Origin: an uncultured Fibrobacterota bacterium
GTDB lineage: Bacteria; Fibrobacterota; Chitinivibrionia; Chitinivibrionales; FEN-1185
Direction of reading: 5' to 3'
NCBI GenBank assembly: GCA_963729895.1
Contig: CAVSQB010000028.1
Location: forward strand, 96,001-160,000
DNA: 64,000 nucleotides
A model generated the notes under the pieces. It saw only the letters and a program-made list of their open reading frames with translations. It had not been told where the DNA came from and searched no databases. A program made the position numbers and the translations under genes. Positions 1 through 10,223 of the stretch are shown here, in pieces (position 1 is the stretch's first letter; each line of letters opens with the position of its first letter).

Positions 1-593
1 TGCTCGGCGGTCGCAGGGACATGGCTTTCGCGTGCCGCAACGAGTTCACGGGCGTTCGGCTTGGCGAGGGTACCGCCTGTACCGCCGTTGAAGCTCACGC
101 GGCTTACCGCGGTGTTGTTGACGACCGCCTTGGTATATGTGTTGTGAACAACCGTGACATTAACGTTTGTCACCGCGCGGTTGTAACAATACGAGCCGCT
201 TTTCCAGTACCCGCCGGAAAAACCGCTCCCCGTGTACCCAAAGCCGTAACGGACGCCTCCATAAAATCCAACATGCGGCCCCCAATAGCCCTCGTGCCAG
301 AAATATCCGCTTCTTGCCCAGCCCCAATAGCCTGGAGTCCAAAGCAGTCCCGGACGAGGGGCCGCGACCCATGTTCCGGGGACCCAATAATAACCGTCCG
401 GGCCATATGCCCAGTAACCCGGTGCCCACAGGTAGCCTGGGGCGGGACACTCAGGCTGTTCATAAACGGGCAACTCCGGCGGTCCCACCTGGATGGATAT
501 TCCCACGGAAACTTCCGCGCCGAACGATGATGCACAAGCCACGAGAACAAGGGCGAGGATGAGAAGGCGAATCGAACCAATTGAACGAAGCAT
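1..593 (-). CDS. YXWGXW repeat-containing secreted protein (3' end runs off the window)
   Basis: Not in the ORF track because it is open at the edge. Manual translation from ATG at 593: MLRSIGSIRLLILALVLVACASSFGAEVSVGISIQVGPPELPVYEQPECPAPGYLWAPGYWAYGPDGYYWVPGTWVAAPRPGLLWTPGYWGW..., i.e. a signal peptide plus W-x-P-G-Y-W repeats. AGAGG RBS upstream. Confidence 0.85.
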   Translation of the reverse strand, partial: MLRSIGSIRLLILALVLVACASSFGAEVSVGISIQVGPPELPVYEQPECPAPGYLWAPGYWAYGPDGYYWVPGTWVAAPRPGLLWTPGYWGWARSGYFWHEGYWGPHVGFYGGVRYGFGYTGSGFSGGYWKSGSYCYNRAVTNVNVTVVHNTYTKAVVNNTAVSRVSFNGGTGGTLAKPNARELVAARESHVPATAE

Positions 594-1045
594 TGTTACC
601 TCTTTTCATGCGATTTGATGATTTGGTCCCTTATTGTTTTGACTGCCGAAGCAGGAAAAAGTTACTCTCGCGATCTGAATGACAGTCCGCGCATTGCTGC
701 TACGTTTCATAAAGGAGATCAATGGTGTTTCGCATGACAGCACCGCCTCGGGCACTTCCAAGGTTCGCCTCGTTGCCGGCTGAGCCTGAGGGTGCGGAGA
801 GGGCTGCTTTTCTTGTTCGCAAAAACATTGTGTTCGCCATATCAATGAAAACATAACTTTATGTATATCAACAGGAAAAAAACATGATCGTTCGCAGAAG
901 CATTTCGTTTGGATAGAAGTATTTCTCATTTCAGTCTTCTTTTTCGCTATATTTAACCCTTGCGCATTGCACTTTCGATTATTGGCATGTTGAAAGATGC
1001 CCTTAATCGCTTAACATCATCCGGGGGGATAGAGAAGGCGGCTTC

Positions 1046-2086
1046 ATGTATAGTACAAGCGGTTTGAGAGAAGTTCTTTTGCCTAGCTTGACGGCGGCGT
1101 TATTTCTTTTTTTTACAAATGCTTCTGCAGCCGGTGGCTGGCAATTGTACTGGTCCGATGAATTCGACAGCACGGCGCTTAACGAGGGAAACTGGGCCGT
1201 GCAGCAAACGGACAATCCGCCCAATGCCGAACAGGAACATTACACGGCCGGACACGACCAACCCGGTTCGAACGTGTTCGTCAAGAACGGACATCTGATT
1301 CTTGAGGCCAGGAACGCGGGGGAAATCACCTCTGGCAAGATCCAAAGTTCGGGCAAGAAAACATTTGAGTACGGCCGCATGGAGGCGCGTATGCGTCTGC
1401 CCCTTACCCAGGGAATGTGGCCCGCGTTCTGGATGCTCGGCGTGGGAGGCGGGTGGCCGGCCTGCGGTGAACTTGACATCATGGAAGGAAGAGGGAGGCT
1501 GCCGAACTGGACATCGGGATCGTACCACTTCACGAATTTCGACCTCTTTAACCAGTATACGTTACCGACGGGGAACGTTCACGACAGCTTCCATGTCTAC
1601 GCCGCGGAATGGAGCACCGATTCGATACGCTGGTATTTTGACAACGTGAACTTTGGGACCCTTACCAAGGCCAGCAACCCGAACCTCCCTTTTGACAAGC
1701 AATACTACTTCATTCTAAACCTCGCCGTGGGCGGCAATTTTGACGGCAATATCGACGGTACCACCGTGTTCCCGGAAAGTCTCATCGTGGACTACGTGCG
1801 CGTTTACCAATGGAATCCGAACGTCGCGGCCAGCGGTCCTGCGCCGCAGCGGCCGGAGGCTCGCGCAGCCTTTGCCGTCTCGGGCGCACTGGTGCGGGTC
1901 GCGCTGCCCTTCTACGGACGCTATTCGGCGGAACTCGTTTCTGTGAACGGGGCGCGGGTCCTGCAGGAAGTCGGCGAGGCGCAGTCGTTCTCGTTTACGA
2001 CAGCGGGCCTTTCCCCCGGAGTCTATTTCGCGACCGTTCGCGGCGGATTCGGCGTACTCACGGGAAAGATCGCCGTGCGGCGGTAA
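1046..2086 (+). CDS. Glycoside hydrolase family 16 (laminarinase-like) with signal peptide and C-terminal secretion/sorting domain
   Basis: WSDEFD, YGRMEARMRLP, WPAFWMLG, catalytic ELDIME (ExDxxE), LNLAVGG, VDYVRVY. C-terminus LSPGVYF...KIAVRR resembles T9SS-like/Fibrobacterota CTDs. Confidence 0.92.
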   Translation: MYSTSGLREVLLPSLTAALFLFFTNASAAGGWQLYWSDEFDSTALNEGNWAVQQTDNPPNAEQEHYTAGHDQPGSNVFVKNGHLILEARNAGEITSGKIQSSGKKTFEYGRMEARMRLPLTQGMWPAFWMLGVGGGWPACGELDIMEGRGRLPNWTSGSYHFTNFDLFNQYTLPTGNVHDSFHVYAAEWSTDSIRWYFDNVNFGTLTKASNPNLPFDKQYYFILNLAVGGNFDGNIDGTTVFPESLIVDYVRVYQWNPNVAASGPAPQRPEARAAFAVSGALVRVALPFYGRYSAELVSVNGARVLQEVGEAQSFSFTTAGLSPGVYFATVRGGFGVLTGKIAVRR

Positions 2087-2119
2087 GGTCCGGCTTCCGG
2101 GCGTGAGAATCTTTCCTTC

Positions 2120-3142
2120 TTACTTTGCGTGCTCCGCGTAAAACCGCTCGTAGTCTTCGAGATTTCTTTCCAGCAAAGAAGGGGTGTCGATGCCGTAGGG
2201 GCATTTGCCGCGGCACGCGCCGCACTTGCTGCAGGTGCGAATTACGCGCATTTTGTCGCGCCACTCCGGCGTGAGAAAGCCCTGATAGGGCGCTCTCCGC
2301 AGAAGCAATGACATTCGGGCGGCCCAATTGATGGGAATGCTCCTGGGACAAGGGAGGCAGTAGCCGCAGCCTCTGCAAAAGGAACCTGCAAGCTCGAAGC
2401 GGTCTTTGCGGATTGCCTTCCACAGCATTTCATCGAGCGGCGGGGGATGCCTTTCGAGGGTAATGAACTCGTCGAGTTCCTCTTCCCGCTGAATGCCCCA
2501 GATGGGCAGCACGGCATTGTACTGCCGTAGAAACGCGAACGACGTTGCGGCGTTCGTGATAAGGCCGCCCGACAGGGCCTTCATGGCGATGAGCCCGCAA
2601 CCGGACCTGTCGCATTCTGCAACCAGCGACAGGTCGGCATCGGAGAAGAGCGAACTGAGCGGGAACTGGACTGTGCTGTAGAGGCCGCTGCGTGCCGCAG
2701 AAACCGCATTTGTCAAACTGTGGCTGGTGATGCCGATGTGGCGGACCATTCCCTTGTCGCGGGCCTCCGCAAGTGCTGCGTAGGGGCCCTGGGGGTCGCC
2801 GGGATCGGGAAGCGGCGAGGGGTTGTGCAGCTGTATGAGGTCGATATGGTCGGTCTGGAGGTCCGCAAGGCTCGCGGCAATGTCGGCACGAGCACCGTCC
2901 TTTGTCGTTGCAGTCGTTTTGGTCGCGATCACCACGTCGCGACGCATGCGGCCGAAGGCGGCGCCGATTTTTCGCTCGCTGTCGGAATACATCCTTGCCG
3001 TGTCGTAGAACGTGATGCCGTTATCGTACGCCTTGCGAAGCAGGGCTACCGCCGCATCGAGGGGAACGCGCTGGATCGGCAGCGCACCAAAACCGCTGCG
3101 ACCGACAAGGAGGCCTGTTTTGCCCAGGGGCATTAGTTGCAT
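2120..3142 (-). CDS. Aldo/keto reductase with C-terminal 4Fe-4S dicluster
   Basis: LGKTGL..GFGALPIQR, FYDTARMY, IATKT, DLIQLHN; CRGCGYCLPCP and CSKCGACRGKCP. Confidence 0.92.
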   Translation of the reverse strand: MQLMPLGKTGLLVGRSGFGALPIQRVPLDAAVALLRKAYDNGITFYDTARMYSDSERKIGAAFGRMRRDVVIATKTTATTKDGARADIAASLADLQTDHIDLIQLHNPSPLPDPGDPQGPYAALAEARDKGMVRHIGITSHSLTNAVSAARSGLYSTVQFPLSSLFSDADLSLVAECDRSGCGLIAMKALSGGLITNAATSFAFLRQYNAVLPIWGIQREEELDEFITLERHPPPLDEMLWKAIRKDRFELAGSFCRGCGYCLPCPRSIPINWAARMSLLLRRAPYQGFLTPEWRDKMRVIRTCSKCGACRGKCPYGIDTPSLLERNLEDYERFYAEHAK

Positions 3143-3204
3143 AAATCAAAAACCACGGTTAAGGAATGATCCTGGCGCCGAAATTTTTCTTCTCGTGCGC
3201 GCCT

Positions 3205-4572
3205 TCAAAAAATAAGATCTCCCACTTCCCCGATTTTCCCACATTCCAGCAAATCGATCTTGTTCCCCGCATCCCTCCAGTCCGCTTTCTTGGGCTGCCG
3301 GGGCACGAGGCACTGGGAAAATCCCAGGTGGCCGAGTTCCCTGATGCGCAGCGGCATGTTGTTGACAGGACGGATTTCGCCGCCGAGGCCGAGCTCACCC
3401 GCGAACCCGAGCTCCCTCCGGAGGGGCTTGTTGCGGAATGAGGAAATAATGGAGGCCGCGACCCCGAGGTCGACGGCCGGCTCGGCGACGGTGAGACCGC
3501 CGGCGACGTTGAAGAACACGTCGTAGTCGCCGAGCGAGAACCCGCCGAACCGCTCGAGCACGGCCAACAGGAGCGCGAGCTTCTTGGGGTTGATTCCCGA
3601 GGCGACGCGCTGGGGAAGGCCGAAATGCGATTTGTTGACAAGTGATTGAACCTCAACCACCAGCACCCTGCTTCCCTCCAGCACGGGCACGATGGCCGTG
3701 CCCACCTGGGGATCGGCCCGGTTGAGCAGGAAGAACTCCGATGGGTTGGCGATCTCCTTGAGGCCGCGGTCGGTCATGGACAGCACCGCGATTTCGCCGC
3801 TCGGGCCATAGCGATTCTTAACCGCGCGCACGATGCGGTACTGGTAATTACCGTCGCCCTCGAAGTAGAGTACGGTGTCCACCATATGCTCCAGTACGCG
3901 CGGCCCTGCAATGGACCCGTCTTTGGTGACATGGCCGATGAGGATCACCGCGGTCTTGTGCTGCTTTGCAAAGCGGAGAAGCATGGAGGCGCTCTCGCGC
4001 ACCTGGGACACGCTGCCCGGCGCGCTCTCCATCGCCTCGGAGAACATGGTCTGGATGGAGTCAACCACCACGATATCGGGCCTGGTTTCCGCCAATTTCG
4101 CAAGAATGGTTTCTACGGACGTTTCGGTGAGCATGAGCACGGGCGCATCGCTCACACCCAGCCGGGCGCCCCGGGCGTAAATCTGTTCGGCGGATTCTTC
4201 GCCCGAAATGTACAGGCACTGCGTGCCTTTTTTCGCCCACGAGCTCAGGAGCTGAAGCAGCAGGGTGGACTTGCCGATGCCCGGGTCGCCGCCGAGCAGG
4301 ACAAACGCGCCCGGGATGAGCCCGCCGCCCAGCACGCGGTCGATCTCGGGAAACGCGCCGGCAATGCGTGCCGATTCGTCAACTTTGCAATTGGCGAATG
4401 CAACGATCTCGGTTGGGCCGGAGACGGTTGCGCGGGACGACGGCGTGGCCTTTACTCCGCGCATTTCGATGATGCTGTCCCACGCGCCGCAGTTGGTGCA
4501 CCGTCCCAGCCACTTGGGAAAATCCTCGCCGCAGTTATTGCAGACGTAAACGGTAGAGGGCTTCTTGTTCAT
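3205..4572 (-). CDS. radA: DNA repair protein RadA/Sms
   Basis: Zn finger CNNC..CTNC, Walker A GDPGIGKST, KNRYG motif, Lon-like C-terminus. True start is ATG at 4572 (TAATG overlap with the upstream stop). Confidence 0.96.
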   Translation of the reverse strand: MNKKPSTVYVCNNCGEDFPKWLGRCTNCGAWDSIIEMRGVKATPSSRATVSGPTEIVAFANCKVDESARIAGAFPEIDRVLGGGLIPGAFVLLGGDPGIGKSTLLLQLLSSWAKKGTQCLYISGEESAEQIYARGARLGVSDAPVLMLTETSVETILAKLAETRPDIVVVDSIQTMFSEAMESAPGSVSQVRESASMLLRFAKQHKTAVILIGHVTKDGSIAGPRVLEHMVDTVLYFEGDGNYQYRIVRAVKNRYGPSGEIAVLSMTDRGLKEIANPSEFFLLNRADPQVGTAIVPVLEGSRVLVVEVQSLVNKSHFGLPQRVASGINPKKLALLLAVLERFGGFSLGDYDVFFNVAGGLTVAEPAVDLGVAASIISSFRNKPLRRELGFAGELGLGGEIRPVNNMPLRIRELGHLGFSQCLVPRQPKKADWRDAGNKIDLLECGKIGEVGDLIF

Positions 4573-5945
4573 TATTCCTGCGATTTCGGCGGCTCGCTCA
4601 CTTCGACGCGGTTGCCGCCGAGCCGGCGCGCGCGGCCGAGGGCCTGGCCCGCTGTTGTGCCGAGCACGTCCACGGAGGCGGAGGTTTCCGTACACACGCA
4701 CACGCCCGCGGAGAGCACCGGGTGCAGGACGTCGCCGCCGGGGGTTTTGAGGGTGGTTTCCATGAGGCGCCTGCGGATGCGGTCTACTGTTTTGTCAATA
4801 ATGGCGGGGTCTATCTTTATGAGAATGAGGCCGAATTCGTCGCCGGCGAACCGGCCCGCCCTGTCGGTGCCGCGGATGCACAGGGCCAGTTTTCCGCCCA
4901 CTTCCTTGATGACGGTTTCGCAGAACTGCCGGCCGTAGCGGTCGCCGAGGTCCGTGAGCATGTCGATGCCGAACAGGGCGAACGCCAGGGGATCCTGTTC
5001 CGCACCGGCCCGCTCGGCCTCGTCCTTCATAACGGCGGCAAATTGCTGGTATCCCATGAGATCGGTGAGTGTGTGGAGCAAGGCCGGGTCAAAACTCCTG
5101 TCACGCCTCAACTGGCGGTCCGAGACGACACGCTGCTTGATGTGGCCCACGTTAACCGGACGAAGGAGTGCCGACTCCTCCTCCGCTTCGGAACCCACCG
5201 CATAATGGAGCTTGCGCTGGCCCCGGATAAACTGCTGGATGTACGGGTTGCGCGAGGCCCTGATCTCCGCGGGCGTACCGGTAAAGATGATTTTCCCTTC
5301 GTAAATCATTGCCATTTTGTCGGCTATTTTGTACGCCGAGGCAATGTCGTGGGTTACCACCACACTCGTCATCTTGAGCTTGCCGCGAAGGGACAGGATC
5401 AGATCGTTTATCTTGTCGGTCATGATCGGGTCGAGCGCGCTTGTGGGCTCATCGTAGAGCATGATCTCGGGTTTCATTACAAGCGCACGGGCAAGGCCCA
5501 CGCGGCTGCGCATACCGCCCGACAGTTCGGAAGGCATCTTGTGCTGGAAGTTCTGCTGCAACCCAACCATTTCGAGGGCCTCGGCAACGACCTGGCTTAT
5601 TTTCTCCTCGGAATAGGAAGTATGTTCGCGAAGCGGGAAAGCAATGTTTTCGCCCACGCTCTTGGAATCGAACAGTGCGGCGCCTTGGAACAACATTCCC
5701 AAACGCTTACGCACCTTGTCGAAGTCGGAAGACTTCTTGGTGGGCGAGGAGATTTCCTCTCCGTCAATAAGGATGCGGCCGCCATCCGGGATCATGAGGC
5801 CGATGATATGCTTGAGAACAACGCTCTTGCCGCCGCCCGACTGGCCGATGATGCACACAACCTCGCCCTTATTCACATCGAGGTTGACATCGTCGAGCAC
5901 GAGCTGGTTTCCGAAGCGTTTCTTGAGGTGTTCTATCTTCAGCAT
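4572..5945 (-). CDS. mlaF: MlaF/Mkl-type ABC ATPase fused to a degenerate GGDEF domain
   Basis: GQSGGGKS, MLFQGAALFDS, LSGGM, IMLYDEPT, VVTHD, NPYIQQFI. C-terminal aa ~291-450 is GGDEF-like (RGTDRAGRFAGDEF). Directly follows mlaE. Confidence 0.88.
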   Translation of the reverse strand: MLKIEHLKKRFGNQLVLDDVNLDVNKGEVVCIIGQSGGGKSVVLKHIIGLMIPDGGRILIDGEEISSPTKKSSDFDKVRKRLGMLFQGAALFDSKSVGENIAFPLREHTSYSEEKISQVVAEALEMVGLQQNFQHKMPSELSGGMRSRVGLARALVMKPEIMLYDEPTSALDPIMTDKINDLILSLRGKLKMTSVVVTHDIASAYKIADKMAMIYEGKIIFTGTPAEIRASRNPYIQQFIRGQRKLHYAVGSEAEEESALLRPVNVGHIKQRVVSDRQLRRDRSFDPALLHTLTDLMGYQQFAAVMKDEAERAGAEQDPLAFALFGIDMLTDLGDRYGRQFCETVIKEVGGKLALCIRGTDRAGRFAGDEFGLILIKIDPAIIDKTVDRIRRRLMETTLKTPGGDVLHPVLSAGVCVCTETSASVDVLGTTAGQALGRARRLGGNRVEVSEPPKSQE

Positions 5946-5995
5946 GTGGCCATGGTCTCTTGTCCATCACAAAATAAGTTATTTGTCTCCCGGCA

Positions 5996-6775
5996 TTACA
6001 GCACAAGGAATGCGATGAGAAAATCGAAGACAAGAATGAGCACGAACGATGTCATGACGGCCTTGGTGGTCGAATTGCCCACTCCTTCGGCGCCGCCGCT
6101 CGTTTCCAGGCCGAAATGGCAGCCGGTAAGGGCGATGATGGCGCCGAACACCGATGTTTTTGCAACACCGATGAGGAGGTCGGACGGATTAAACAGCATT
6201 CTCAGGCCGGAGAGATAGACAAACAAGGTGATCTTTACCGAAAAAACCACGGTGAGAATCGAGCTGATAAAAGCCACGAATTCGCTCCAGATAACGAGCA
6301 TAGGTATCATCAGCATGCAGGCAAGCATTTTGGGGACGTACAAGTATCGCACCGGGTCAAGGTTAAGGCACGTCATTGCGTCAAGCTGCTCGCCGGTCTT
6401 CATGGAGCCGACCTCGGCCGCGATCGCGGTGGAAATGCGGCCGGCCACCACCATGCTCGTAAACACCGGCCCGATTTCGATGATGAGCGTCTTGCAGACC
6501 GCAAGGCCGAGGTACTTGAGCGGGATGAATCCGGAGAACTGGTACACCGCTTGCGTAACGGTAGTTGCGCCGATAAACACGGCGATCACCGAAACGAGCG
6601 GGAGCGAGTCGACGCCGATGCCGTACATCTGCTCCACGGACAGCGGCACGTTTTTCACCATGGTGGGAATGCGCGAAACAATCTGCACCAAGAGTGCGAC
6701 AATACGGGAAACATGGGTCAGAAAGACGATGGCCGTGCCGCCTATTCGGGAAACAAGAAGCACAAACGGGTTCAA
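5996..6775 (-). CDS. mlaE: MlaE family ABC transporter permease
   Basis: IGVDSLP, EIGPVFT..VAGR, AAEVGSMK..EQLDA, GGAEGVGNSTTKAV. Confidence 0.95.
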   Translation of the reverse strand: MNPFVLLVSRIGGTAIVFLTHVSRIVALLVQIVSRIPTMVKNVPLSVEQMYGIGVDSLPLVSVIAVFIGATTVTQAVYQFSGFIPLKYLGLAVCKTLIIEIGPVFTSMVVAGRISTAIAAEVGSMKTGEQLDAMTCLNLDPVRYLYVPKMLACMLMIPMLVIWSEFVAFISSILTVVFSVKITLFVYLSGLRMLFNPSDLLIGVAKTSVFGAIIALTGCHFGLETSGGAEGVGNSTTKAVMTSFVLILVFDFLIAFLVL

Positions 6776-8142
6776 AATTCCGCACCTTCCTCAGCATGGG
6801 ACGCCGCAAGGTTTTCAAACCGTGCGTATTGCTTGACAAAGGCAAGCTGCACGGACCCTGTGGGACCGTTGCGCTGCTTGCCGATGATGATTTCCGCAGT
6901 CCCTTGTTTTGAGGGATCGTCTTTGCTGTAGAACTCTTCCCGAAACACGAACATGACCACGTCCGCGTCCTGCTCGATGGCGCCGGATTCCCGCAGGTCG
7001 GACAGCTGCGGCCGGTGATCCCCTCCGCGCTGTTCGGGGGCGCGGGAAAGCTGCGACAGGGCGATAACCGGCACGTCGAGTTCTTTGGCAATGCCCTTGA
7101 GCGAGCGCGAGATCTGCGAGATTTCCTGCTGGCGGTTCTCCATGCGTACCGACGAATCCATAAGCTGGAGATAGTCCACAATGACAAGCGACAGTTTATG
7201 CTGTGCCTTAAGCCGTCGCGCTTTTGCGCGCAGTTCGAGCACGCCGATACCGGGCGTGTCATCGATGAAGAGCGGCGCCTCCGACAAGGGGCCCGCGGCA
7301 AGCGACAACTTGGGAAACTCGCGCTGCGGTAGCTTGCCGCTGCGTAAGGCATGCATGTCGATGCGCGCTTCGCCGCACAGGATGCGTTGGGCAACCTGCG
7401 CCTTCGACATTTCGAGGGAGAAGATGGCCGTGGGATGTTTCGCCACCACGGCCGAGTGCATGGCGACCGACAGACAGAATGCCGTCTTCCCCATGGACGG
7501 CCTCCCCGCAACGATGATGAGGTCTCCCTTTTGCAAACCCGAAGTAAGCTCGTCGAGGTCCTTGAACCCGGTGGGCACGCCTTGCACACCGCCCTTTGAA
7601 TAACTGGCAATGTCTTCGAAGGTGCGTGGAAGGAGCTGCTGGAGCGATTCGAAATTGTTCTTGATACGCGCCTCGGAAATGCCGAAGATTGTTGCCTCCG
7701 CTTTATCAAGAATAACTTGCGCCTCGGCCTCGGACGAGAAACACGTCGTCGCGATTTCGCCGCTGGCCGAAATGAGCTGGCGCAGCGTCGATTTTTCCAG
7801 CAGGATACGCGCGTGATGCTCGATATTCGCCGACGTGGCAACGTTCCCCACGAGTTCCGACAAATACGGTTCGGCGCCGATGGACTCAAAGTGGTCGCGC
7901 TTTTTGAGCTCGTCGGCAAGAGTCAGGATATCGAAGGGGATGCTTTTCTCGAACATGGAGACCATGCACTGGAAGATCCGCTTGTTCTGCGTGGCATAAA
8001 AGCAATCTTCGGAGAGAAGGGTCATGGCCGCCACGGCGGCATTCTGGTCGATAAGCATGGAACCGAGTACCGTGCGTTCAACCTCGAGCGCCTGCGGCGG
8101 GATCTTGTCTGTTGTAAACTGGTCGCTAACGCGTGGCGGCAT
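6772..8142 (-). CDS. dnaB: Replicative DNA helicase
   Basis: PPQALEVERTVLG, AGRPSMGKT, FSLEM, VDYLQL, LSQLSR, DLRESGAIEQDAD, KQRNGPTG; no intein. Confidence 0.98.
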   Translation of the reverse strand: MPPRVSDQFTTDKIPPQALEVERTVLGSMLIDQNAAVAAMTLLSEDCFYATQNKRIFQCMVSMFEKSIPFDILTLADELKKRDHFESIGAEPYLSELVGNVATSANIEHHARILLEKSTLRQLISASGEIATTCFSSEAEAQVILDKAEATIFGISEARIKNNFESLQQLLPRTFEDIASYSKGGVQGVPTGFKDLDELTSGLQKGDLIIVAGRPSMGKTAFCLSVAMHSAVVAKHPTAIFSLEMSKAQVAQRILCGEARIDMHALRSGKLPQREFPKLSLAAGPLSEAPLFIDDTPGIGVLELRAKARRLKAQHKLSLVIVDYLQLMDSSVRMENRQQEISQISRSLKGIAKELDVPVIALSQLSRAPEQRGGDHRPQLSDLRESGAIEQDADVVMFVFREEFYSKDDPSKQGTAEIIIGKQRNGPTGSVQLAFVKQYARFENLAASHAEEGAEF

Positions 8143-8986
8143 ATGCTCCCGTTTCCACCAGGAATGTTTTTAGTTTCTGCAGGTCTTCCTGTGCGGGCCT
8201 CTCGTACTCGGGGTTTCGCAGGAGCGACGCAGGGTGATAGGTGACGAACGCGGGCACGCCGTCAATGGTGTGCGACTCTCGCCGAAGGGACGAAATGCCG
8301 GCCGTGGAGGGCAGCAGGGCGTGCGCGGCGACCCTGCCCAAAAGCAGGAACGCCCTGGGCCGCATGATGGCGATTTGCGCGGAGAGAATCCGCGCGCATG
8401 CGGCTATTTCGGAAACTTCCGGGGTCCTGTTTCCCGGCGGCCTGCATTTCAGAATGTTGGTAATGAACACATCCTTCTTTCTGTCAAGACCGATCGCCTC
8501 GAGCAGGGAGGTGAGCCGCCCGCCCGCCGCGCCCACAAACGGCACGCCCTGCGCGTCTTCTTCGGCGCCCGGGGCCTCGCCGACGATCAACAGCGGCGAG
8601 CGCACGTTGCCGCTTCCGAACACGAATTTGCTCCGCGAGGCGTCCAAGGGGCAATCTTTGCAATCCTTTACAGAATGGTACAACGTCACCAGCGCCTCGC
8701 GGGCGGGATTGTTCTGTTCCACCGCAGGCGTGACAGCAACCTTCACAGCTGCTTTCATCAGGCGGGAAACCGGAAGAAGCCCTTGTGGTGCCCCGGGCCG
8801 GGGACCGGCCGCGGTGGGCGTGCCGGGCCGCTGCAAAATCGGGTGAACCGGAGGGGAAACCGCACGTGAGCGGAGTGACGAGAGAACAGCGGGCGCGTGT
8901 GAGCCACGGGGAAGAATAATGTCGGGCAAGCCGAGCTCCCGCTGCTGGCAAAAATATGCGCGGGTCGTGACAAGGCGGTCATTCAT
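8126..8986 (-). CDS. Uracil-DNA glycosylase family 4 (Fe-S) with N-terminal Pro/Ala-rich extension
   Basis: CKDC, GEAPG, PFVGAAG, KCRPPGNR, TYHPAS. Probable start ATG at 8986 overlaps the coaBC stop. Confidence 0.9.
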   Translation of the reverse strand: MNDRLVTTRAYFCQQRELGLPDIILPRGSHAPAVLSSLRSRAVSPPVHPILQRPGTPTAAGPRPGAPQGLLPVSRLMKAAVKVAVTPAVEQNNPAREALVTLYHSVKDCKDCPLDASRSKFVFGSGNVRSPLLIVGEAPGAEEDAQGVPFVGAAGGRLTSLLEAIGLDRKKDVFITNILKCRPPGNRTPEVSEIAACARILSAQIAIMRPRAFLLLGRVAAHALLPSTAGISSLRRESHTIDGVPAFVTYHPASLLRNPEYERPAQEDLQKLKTFLVETGAYAATR

Positions 8987-10175
8987 GCGATTGCCCCGCA
9001 CAGGCGGAAATGCGGTCGAGTATGGTTTCGGCCAATTTCTGCTTGTTCTGCAGGGCAAGGCGCTCGGTCGGTTTGTTCTTGTAAAGAATAGCGGCAGCGG
9101 CGTCATCGCGCTCCATTGCCGATTCCACGGCATTGGCGACCATCATGTCGCAGTTCTTCTTCTTCATCTTTGCCCTGGCGGTTGCTTCATTGCCGCCGGT
9201 ATCAAGGGAAAATCCCACCAGAAACTGGCCTTTCTTCTTTGCGCCCAGGCCTGCGAGAATGTCCGGGTTTGCAACAAGCGAAAGGTTCCACGTCGCCGAT
9301 TCTTCCCGGTGCCTTTTCCCCTTGACAATCGCGGCAGGCCGGAAGTCACTCACCGCCGCGGCCATGATGCAAATATCGCACGCAGGAAACTCTTTTTCGA
9401 GGGCCGCCTTCATGTCGCGCGCGCTGGTCACAAAAACGGCGCGGCATCCCGGGGGCGGCACAACCGGCGCCGGGCCGCTCACCACGCATACCGTAGCGCC
9501 CGCACGCAGGGCGGCGCGCGCAAGCATGGCCCCCATTTTTCCGGACGAGCGATTGGAAATGACCCGCACCGCGTCGATGGCTTCCGCCGTGGGCCCCATG
9601 GAAATGAGCACCTTTCTGCCGGCAAGCGACCGGGGCTGCAGGAAGGAACACACGTGATCGACGATCGTTTCAACCGGAAGCATCCGGCCCGGGCCCTCGT
9701 CGCCGCAGGCAAGTTCGCCTTCGTCAACAGGCAATACCGTTACCCCCCGCGATGCGAGAGCCGCCACGTTGGCCTGCGTTGCCGCGTTGTTCCACATGGC
9801 CGTATTCATGGCAGGAACGACGATGGTGCGGTTTTCAAAGGAGAGCGCGAGGGTGGTCAGCAGGTTGTCGGCTATGCCGTGGGCCAGCTTGGCGATGGTG
9901 TTGGCGGACGCGGGGCACACCAGAAGCGCAGTACCCCACTTCGCAAGCTCGATGTGCGCCATCTCGGGAGAGTCGACCGGGCCGTCGATGTAAACCGGAT
10001 TGCACGAAACAACTCGAAGCGCTTCTTCCCCCACAAGGGAGCGCGCGTTTCCGGTGAGGACGACGGTAACGCCGATGCCGTTCTTTGTAAGAAGCCTCAC
10101 CAGCTCCGGGGCCTTGTAGGCCGCTATGCCGCCCGTTATGCCGAGCACGATGCGTTGAACGGTTTCCATCCGCAC
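8979..10175 (-). CDS. coaBC: Phosphopantothenoylcysteine decarboxylase/ligase
   Basis: GITGGIAAYK, PAMNTAMW, LACGDEGPGRM, SNRSSGKMG, AAAVSDF. Confidence 0.97.
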   Translation of the reverse strand: MRMETVQRIVLGITGGIAAYKAPELVRLLTKNGIGVTVVLTGNARSLVGEEALRVVSCNPVYIDGPVDSPEMAHIELAKWGTALLVCPASANTIAKLAHGIADNLLTTLALSFENRTIVVPAMNTAMWNNAATQANVAALASRGVTVLPVDEGELACGDEGPGRMLPVETIVDHVCSFLQPRSLAGRKVLISMGPTAEAIDAVRVISNRSSGKMGAMLARAALRAGATVCVVSGPAPVVPPPGCRAVFVTSARDMKAALEKEFPACDICIMAAAVSDFRPAAIVKGKRHREESATWNLSLVANPDILAGLGAKKKGQFLVGFSLDTGGNEATARAKMKKKNCDMMVANAVESAMERDDAAAAILYKNKPTERLALQNKQKLAETILDRISACAGQSHE

Positions 10176-10223
10176 ATCCCCGTTAGTCTGCGCACGAACA
10201 CCAACCGGCGGGCCGGGCAGGTC

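Noticed and set aside
21..580. ORF-track calls 21-530, 160-450, 167-562 and 170-580
   Set aside because: Alternative frames of the real minus-strand YXWGXW gene that starts at 593 and runs off the window
722..856. 44-codon ORF after a strong AAAGGAG RBS
   Set aside because: No recognisable motif, and it lies in a divergent promoter region; cannot be supported from sequence alone
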